Positions 60,218-64,000 of a stretch of 64,000 bases of DNA are shown here, piece after piece. Within the stretch, counting starts at the first letter, position 1. The number at the start of each line of letters is the position of its first letter. This DNA is from Actinomycetota bacterium. GTDB taxonomy: Bacteria > Actinomycetota > Acidimicrobiia > Acidimicrobiales > Aldehydirespiratoraceae. A program made the translations under genes and the position numbers. The stretch is from positions 8,739-72,738 of the forward strand of contig JAPOHW010000013.1 of assembly GCA_029979265.1 (NCBI GenBank), in the 5' to 3' direction. The notes under the pieces are model-generated. The model worked only from the letters and a program-made list of their open reading frames with translations. It had not been told where the DNA came from and did not search any database.

Positions 60218-60246
60218 TTGGTTCCCCAGCTCGCCCCCGGTAGTCT
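60218..60246 (+). promoter_or_regulatory. candidate promoter for the detached rplC operon
   Basis: TTGGTT (60218-60223), 17-nt spacer, TAGTCT (60241-60246; fits the actinobacterial TANNNT form). This would leave a leader of about 190 nt before rplC. Weak pattern match only. Confidence 0.25.
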
Positions 60247-60440
60247 TTCCACCTTGGGCGACCGGGAGTTCTCGGGAGCCATCAATCGACGTCTGTGCAG
60301 GCCTGCGGGAACCACACGGCAAAACCGATCCAACGCTCCGCCGGGCCTGCCCGTGCGGAGCGTTCGCGTGAACTTCACCGAGTGCATGCACGGATGAGAT
60401 GCAGCGGGACTCGATCCCGCACGACCCACAGGAAACAACC

Positions 60441-61079
60441 ATGGCCACCAAGGCGATCGTCGGCGAGAAGGTCGGCATGACGCAGGTCTGGGACGACGAG
60501 AACCGCATCGTCCCGGTGACTGTTCTGCGCGTGTCACCGTGCCGTGTCGTTCAGGTCAAAACACCTGACACCGACGGCTACAGCGCCATCCAGGTCACGC
60601 AGGGCGTGAAGGATGCCGGCAAGCTCACCATGCCCGAGGCCGGGCACTTCGACAAGGCCGGCGTCGAACCCGGAACCAGGCTGGTCGAGTTGCGTCTCGA
60701 CGACGTCAGCGAATTCACCGTCGGTCAGGAGATCTCCGCCGAGATCCTCGAGCAGGGTGAACTCGTCGATGTCACGGCCGTGAGCCGCGGCAAGGGTTTC
60801 GCCGGGGCGATGAAGCGTCACGGTTTCGGTGGAGCACCTGCGTCGCACGGTGCCCACCGTGTGCACCGCAAGCCTGGTTCGGTGGGGCAGTGCGCCACCC
60901 CGAGTCGCGTGTTCAAGGGAAAGAAGCTCCCAGGCCGAATGGGGAACGACAAGGTCACCACCCTCAATCTCGAGGTCGTGAAGAGCGACCCCGAGGCGCA
61001 GGTGTTGCTCATCAAGGGGTCTGTGCCTGGCGCTCGTGGCGCAACCGTCATCGTCCGCAACGCGGTGAAGGGAGCCTGA
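60441..61079 (+). CDS. rplC: 50S ribosomal protein L3
   Basis: ORF 60399..61079 trimmed to ATG 60441: MATKAIVGEKVGMTQVWDDENRIVPVTVLRV... Confidence 0.95.
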   Translation: MATKAIVGEKVGMTQVWDDENRIVPVTVLRVSPCRVVQVKTPDTDGYSAIQVTQGVKDAGKLTMPEAGHFDKAGVEPGTRLVELRLDDVSEFTVGQEISAEILEQGELVDVTAVSRGKGFAGAMKRHGFGGAPASHGAHRVHRKPGSVGQCATPSRVFKGKKLPGRMGNDKVTTLNLEVVKSDPEAQVLLIKGSVPGARGATVIVRNAVKGA

Positions 61080-61081
61080 TC

Positions 61082-61732
61082 ATGGCAAGCGTCACGATCC
61101 TCACCCAGACCGGAACATCCGCTGGTAGCACCGATCTGGCCGATGCTGTCTTCGGCGTGGAACCGAACATGCCGGTGATGCATCAAGTCGTCACTGCCCA
61201 GTTGGCCGCCAAGCGGGCCGGCACGCACAGCACCCTCACCCGGCGTGAGGTGCGGGGTGGCGGCGCCAAGCCGTGGCGTCAAAAGGGCACCGGCCGTTCC
61301 CGGGCCGGCACCACCCGGGCTCCGGGGTGGGTTGGCGGTGGTGTCGCTCATGGTCCCAAGCCCCGCGACTACAGCCAGAAAACGCCCAAGAAGATGATCA
61401 AGCTGGCGCTTGCCTCGGCGCTGTCCGACCGCGCCGCCGACGGCAACGTCGTTGTCGTCGACAAGTGGGAGTTCGAGTCTCCGAGTACCAAGGCCGCTCG
61501 TGCTGCCCTTGCTGCCATCGGCGCCGAGGGCAAGATCCTCGTCGTGCTGGGACGCGAGGACACCAATGCGTGGAAGAGCTTCCGGAACCTCACCACCGTG
61601 CACTGTGTGCAGGTCGGTGAACTCAACACCTACGACGTCCTCAATGCCGATGTCGTCGTGTTCACGGAGGCAACGCTTCCCACCGGTGACGCCAGCATCC
61701 CGGCCGTCGACTCCACGGAGGAAGAAGAGTGA
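61082..61732 (+). CDS. rplD: 50S ribosomal protein L4 (C-terminus ...DSTEEEE)
   Basis: ORF 60890..61732 trimmed to ATG 61082. REVRGGGAKPWRQKGTGRSRAGTTRAPGWVGGGVAHGPKPRDY is present. Confidence 0.95.
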   Translation: MASVTILTQTGTSAGSTDLADAVFGVEPNMPVMHQVVTAQLAAKRAGTHSTLTRREVRGGGAKPWRQKGTGRSRAGTTRAPGWVGGGVAHGPKPRDYSQKTPKKMIKLALASALSDRAADGNVVVVDKWEFESPSTKAARAALAAIGAEGKILVVLGREDTNAWKSFRNLTTVHCVQVGELNTYDVLNADVVVFTEATLPTGDASIPAVDSTEEEE

Positions 61733-62019
61733 AGGACCATCGCGACGTCCTCATCCGCCCCGTCGTCTCCGAGAAGTCGTACGGGCTCCTCGAGGAGAAC
61801 GTCTACACCTTCGAGGTTGCCAAGGGCGCCTCGAAGCCCGAGATCCGCGACGCCGTCGAAGCCCTGTTCGACGTCGCCGTGGTCAAGGTCAACACGCTCA
61901 ACCGGGCCGGGAAGCGCAAGCGCAACCGTCGCACCGGTGGCTGGGGCCAGCGCCCCTCCCAGAAGCGTGCCCTCGTCACTCTCGCCGAGGGTGACTCGAT
62001 CGATCTGTTCGAGGTCTGA
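61729..62019 (+). CDS. rplW: 50S ribosomal protein L23
   Basis: GTG start overlaps the rplD stop (GTGA). [42 protein letters not shown] is present. Confidence 0.93.
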   Translation: MKDHRDVLIRPVVSEKSYGLLEENVYTFEVAKGASKPEIRDAVEALFDVAVVKVNTLNRAGKRKRNRRTGGWGQRPSQKRALVTLAEGDSIDLFEV

Positions 62020-62021
62020 TC

Positions 62022-62858
62022 ATGGCGATACGCAAGCGCAAGCCCACCAGCCCCGGCCGTCGCTTCCAGACGAGTTCGGACTTCTCGGAGATCACGACAT
62101 CGACACCCGAGAAGAGCCTGCTTGCCCCGAAGGGCAAGACCGGCGGTCGAAACAACTACGGCCGCAAGACCAGCCGCCATCGCGGCGGTGGTCACAAGCA
62201 GCAGTACCGCATCATCGATTTCAAGCGGACCAAGGACGGCGTGCCGGCCACGGTTGCGTCCATCGAGTACGACCCGAACCGGACCTGCAACATCGCCCTG
62301 CTGCACTACCACGACGGCGAGAAGCGGTACATCCTTGCGCCGCGTGACCTCCACGTCGGTGACAAGCTCGAGTCCGGCCAGGCCACCGAAATCCGCCCCG
62401 GCAATGCACTGCCTCTCCGCTACATCCCGGTCGGTACCACCATCCACAACGTCGAGCTCAAGGCCGGCGCGGGCGCGAAGCTGGGTCGCTCGGCCGGTAC
62501 GGCGGTGCAGTTGGTGGCCAAGGAGGGCGATTTCGCCACCCTGCGCCTTCCGAGCACCGAGATGCGCCGCGTGCCGATCGACTGCCGGGCGACCGTCGGC
62601 GAGGTCGGAAACGCCCAGCACGAGCTCATCAAGATCGGTAAGGCCGGCCGCAACCGTTGGAAGGGTGTCAAGCCCCAGTCCCGCGGTGTGGTCATGAACC
62701 CGGTCGACCACCCGCACGGCGGTGGCGAGGGCAAGACGTCGGGTGGTCGTCACCCAGTCTCGCCGTGGGGCAAGCCCGAGGGTCGTACCCGTCGTGCCAA
62801 CCAAGAGTCCGACAAGTTGATCGTGCGCCGTCGCCGGACGCGCGGTTCGCGGAGGTAA
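62022..62858 (+). CDS. rplB: 50S ribosomal protein L2
   Basis: 278 aa. [16 protein letters not shown]... and [27 protein letters not shown] are present. Confidence 0.97.
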   Translation: MAIRKRKPTSPGRRFQTSSDFSEITTSTPEKSLLAPKGKTGGRNNYGRKTSRHRGGGHKQQYRIIDFKRTKDGVPATVASIEYDPNRTCNIALLHYHDGEKRYILAPRDLHVGDKLESGQATEIRPGNALPLRYIPVGTTIHNVELKAGAGAKLGRSAGTAVQLVAKEGDFATLRLPSTEMRRVPIDCRATVGEVGNAQHELIKIGKAGRNRWKGVKPQSRGVVMNPVDHPHGGGEGKTSGGRHPVSPWGKPEGRTRRANQESDKLIVRRRRTRGSRR

Positions 62859-62863
62859 CTGCA

Positions 62864-63142
62864 ATGCCGCGCAGCCTGAAAAAGGGTCCGTTCGTCGACG
62901 ATCATCTGTTGAAGAAGATCGATGCGCTGAACGAGACCGGAGAGAAAAAGGTCGTCAAGACCTGGAGCCGCCGCTCCACCATCATCCCCGACATGATCGG
63001 TCACACGCTCGCTGTTCACGACGGCCGCAAGCATGTCCCCGTGTATGTCACCGAGGCGATGATCGGTCACAAGCTCGGTGAATTTGCGCCGACCCGCACC
63101 TTCAAGTTCCACGCGGGCCAGGAGAAGGGGGCGCGGCGCTGA
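62864..63142 (+). CDS. rpsS: 30S ribosomal protein S19
   Basis: ORF 62657..63142 trimmed to ATG 62864: [22 protein letters not shown]...[16 protein letters not shown]. Confidence 0.95.
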   Translation: MPRSLKKGPFVDDHLLKKIDALNETGEKKVVKTWSRRSTIIPDMIGHTLAVHDGRKHVPVYVTEAMIGHKLGEFAPTRTFKFHAGQEKGARR

Positions 63143-63861
63143 TGGCTGGCATCAAGACCAACGAGCGTCCCGGCACCCGCGCCAAGGCGTCCTACGTACG
63201 CAGCTCGGCCTACAAGGCCCGCGAGGTCCTCGACCTGATCCGCGGCAAGTCTTACGCCGAGGCGGCCGAGATCTTGCAGTTCTCCGAGCGTGGCATCGCC
63301 GATGACATCCTCAAGGTGCTCGACTCGGCTGTTGCCAACGCCGAACACAACGACAGTCAACTCGCCGAAGAGCTGTTCGTCTCGGCGTGCTACGCCGACG
63401 AAGGTCCCACGCTCAAGCGCTGGCGTCCCCGTGCCCGTGGCCGTGCCACACGCATTCGCAAGCGCACCTGCCACATCACCGTGATCGTGAGCCGCTACTC
63501 CGACGAGGCGCTCGAGGCCATGCGTGAGCGGGAGGCAGCTTCCGGTCGCTCGGGTTCGAGCCAGGCTGCAGAGGCTCGTCGTGCCCGGGTCGCCCAGAGC
63601 CGGACCCGCGACGAACACGATCATGACCACGATCATGACCACGAAGAGCCGAGTGTCGAAGAGCAGGCGGCCGAGATCGTCGAAGCCACCAAGGCTGCGA
63701 TGGCCGAATCCGGCGGCGATGCCGAGACCAGCGGTGACGAAACCGTTGGTGACGCCGACAACGCCGAGGCGGTCGATGATGCCGACGACGCCAAGGCGGT
63801 CGATACCGCAGCCGATGACGAGGACCAGGGCGACGCACCCGAGGAAGAGGAGACCGACTGA
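63142..63861 (+). CDS. rplV: 50S ribosomal protein L22 with ~120-aa acidic C-terminal extension
   Basis: The core is [32 protein letters not shown]...[30 protein letters not shown] long tail follows, containing [13 protein letters not shown] and ending [12 protein letters not shown]. Confidence 0.9.
   Translation: MAGIKTNERPGTRAKASYVRSSAYKAREVLDLIRGKSYAEAAEILQFSERGIADDILKVLDSAVANAEHNDSQLAEELFVSACYADEGPTLKRWRPRARGRATRIRKRTCHITVIVSRYSDEALEAMREREAASGRSGSSQAAEARRARVAQSRTRDEHDHDHDHDHEEPSVEEQAAEIVEATKAAMAESGGDAETSGDETVGDADNAEAVDDADDAKAVDTAADDEDQGDAPEEEETD
63619..63642 (+). repeat. perfect 12-nt tandem repeat (GATCATGACCAC x2) encoding the HD-dipeptide run in the L22 tail
   Basis: Read directly: 63619-63630 and 63631-63642 are identical. 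Confidence 0.9.
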
Positions 63862-64000
63862 TGGGCCAGAAAGTCAACCCGTACGGCTTCCGTCTCGGGA
63901 TCACCACCGATTGGAAGAGCCGTTGGTTCGCCGATCGCGACGAGTACGCCAACAACGTCGTCGAGGACTGGAAGATCCGCGACTACCTGCTCAACGAACT
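63861..64000 (+). CDS. rpsC: 30S ribosomal protein S3 (N-terminal fragment; continues past the window)
   Basis: ATG 63861 overlaps the rplV stop by 1 nt (TGATG): [43 protein letters not shown]... Confidence 0.9.
   Translation, partial: MGQKVNPYGFRLGITTDWKSRWFADRDEYANNVVEDWKIRDYLLNE

Noticed and set aside
57789-60537. Minus-strand ORFs 57789..59171 (460 aa) and 58943..60508 (521 aa), and the N-terminal 120 codons of 59014..60537.
   Set aside because: The first is antisense to fabH. The second is an alternative frame of the AI-2E transporter gene and is R/P-rich. The transporter itself most plausibly starts at ATG 60177, because the upstream 120 codons are basic low-complexity sequence inside the rplC leader region.

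Overview
High-GC, actinobacterial-type chromosomal window with almost no non-coding space. All family calls come from reading the translations and motifs by eye; no searches were run. LEFT HALF (1-31.8 kb): redox and xenobiotic-type genes, namely an acyl-CoA dehydrogenase, Zn-ADH, SDR, cytochrome P450, HtpX, YajQ, GNAT, DUF2237 and a TauD-type dioxygenase. This half also holds two unusual PEP-utilising/PPDK-like phosphotransferase proteins. It contains a complete but fragmented mycofactocin (RiPP-derived redox cofactor) locus. That locus includes an unannotated 41-codon precursor gene, mftA (11550-11675, ...IDGMCGVY*), which is too short for the ORF track. It is followed by mftB and mftC, then mftD, mftE and mftF spread over about 15.5 kb. 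Interleaved with them are a stand-alone GcvT/DmdA-like aminomethyltransferase, a mycofactocin-type SDR, an NDMA-type Zn-ADH, a MoxR-VWA pair, an ABC/ABC-2 transporter and a beta-lactamase-fold hydrolase. No mftR (TetR) or mftG (GMC) is visible. RIGHT HALF (31.9-64 kb): the conserved transcription/translation supercluster, in this order: tRNA-Thr, tRNA-Met, tRNA-Trp, secE-nusG, rplK-rplA, rplJ-rplL, rpoB-rpoC, rpsL-rpsG-fusA-tuf-rpsJ, rplC-rplD-rplW-rplB-rpsS-rplV-rpsC. It is interrupted by four inserts. (1) An ECF sigma/anti-sigma pair sits between tRNA-Met and tRNA-Trp. (2) A CX5R phosphatase sits between rplL and rpoB. (3) A 6.8-kb envelope-glycan module sits between rpoC and rpsL; it comprises a GtrB-like GT2, a WecB-like epimerase, a CsaB-like pyruvyltransferase, a flippase-like protein and a YfhO-like GT-C. 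(4) An orphan fabH plus an AI-2E-family permease sits between rpsJ and rplC, preceded by a strong intrinsic terminator, so the S10 operon is split. Ribosomal proteins L10, L4 and L22 all carry encoded acidic C-terminal tails that finish with an EEEE run. I recognised no rRNA, CRISPR array, transposase, integrase or prophage genes. The many long antisense or alternative-frame ORFs in the track are GC-bias artefacts.
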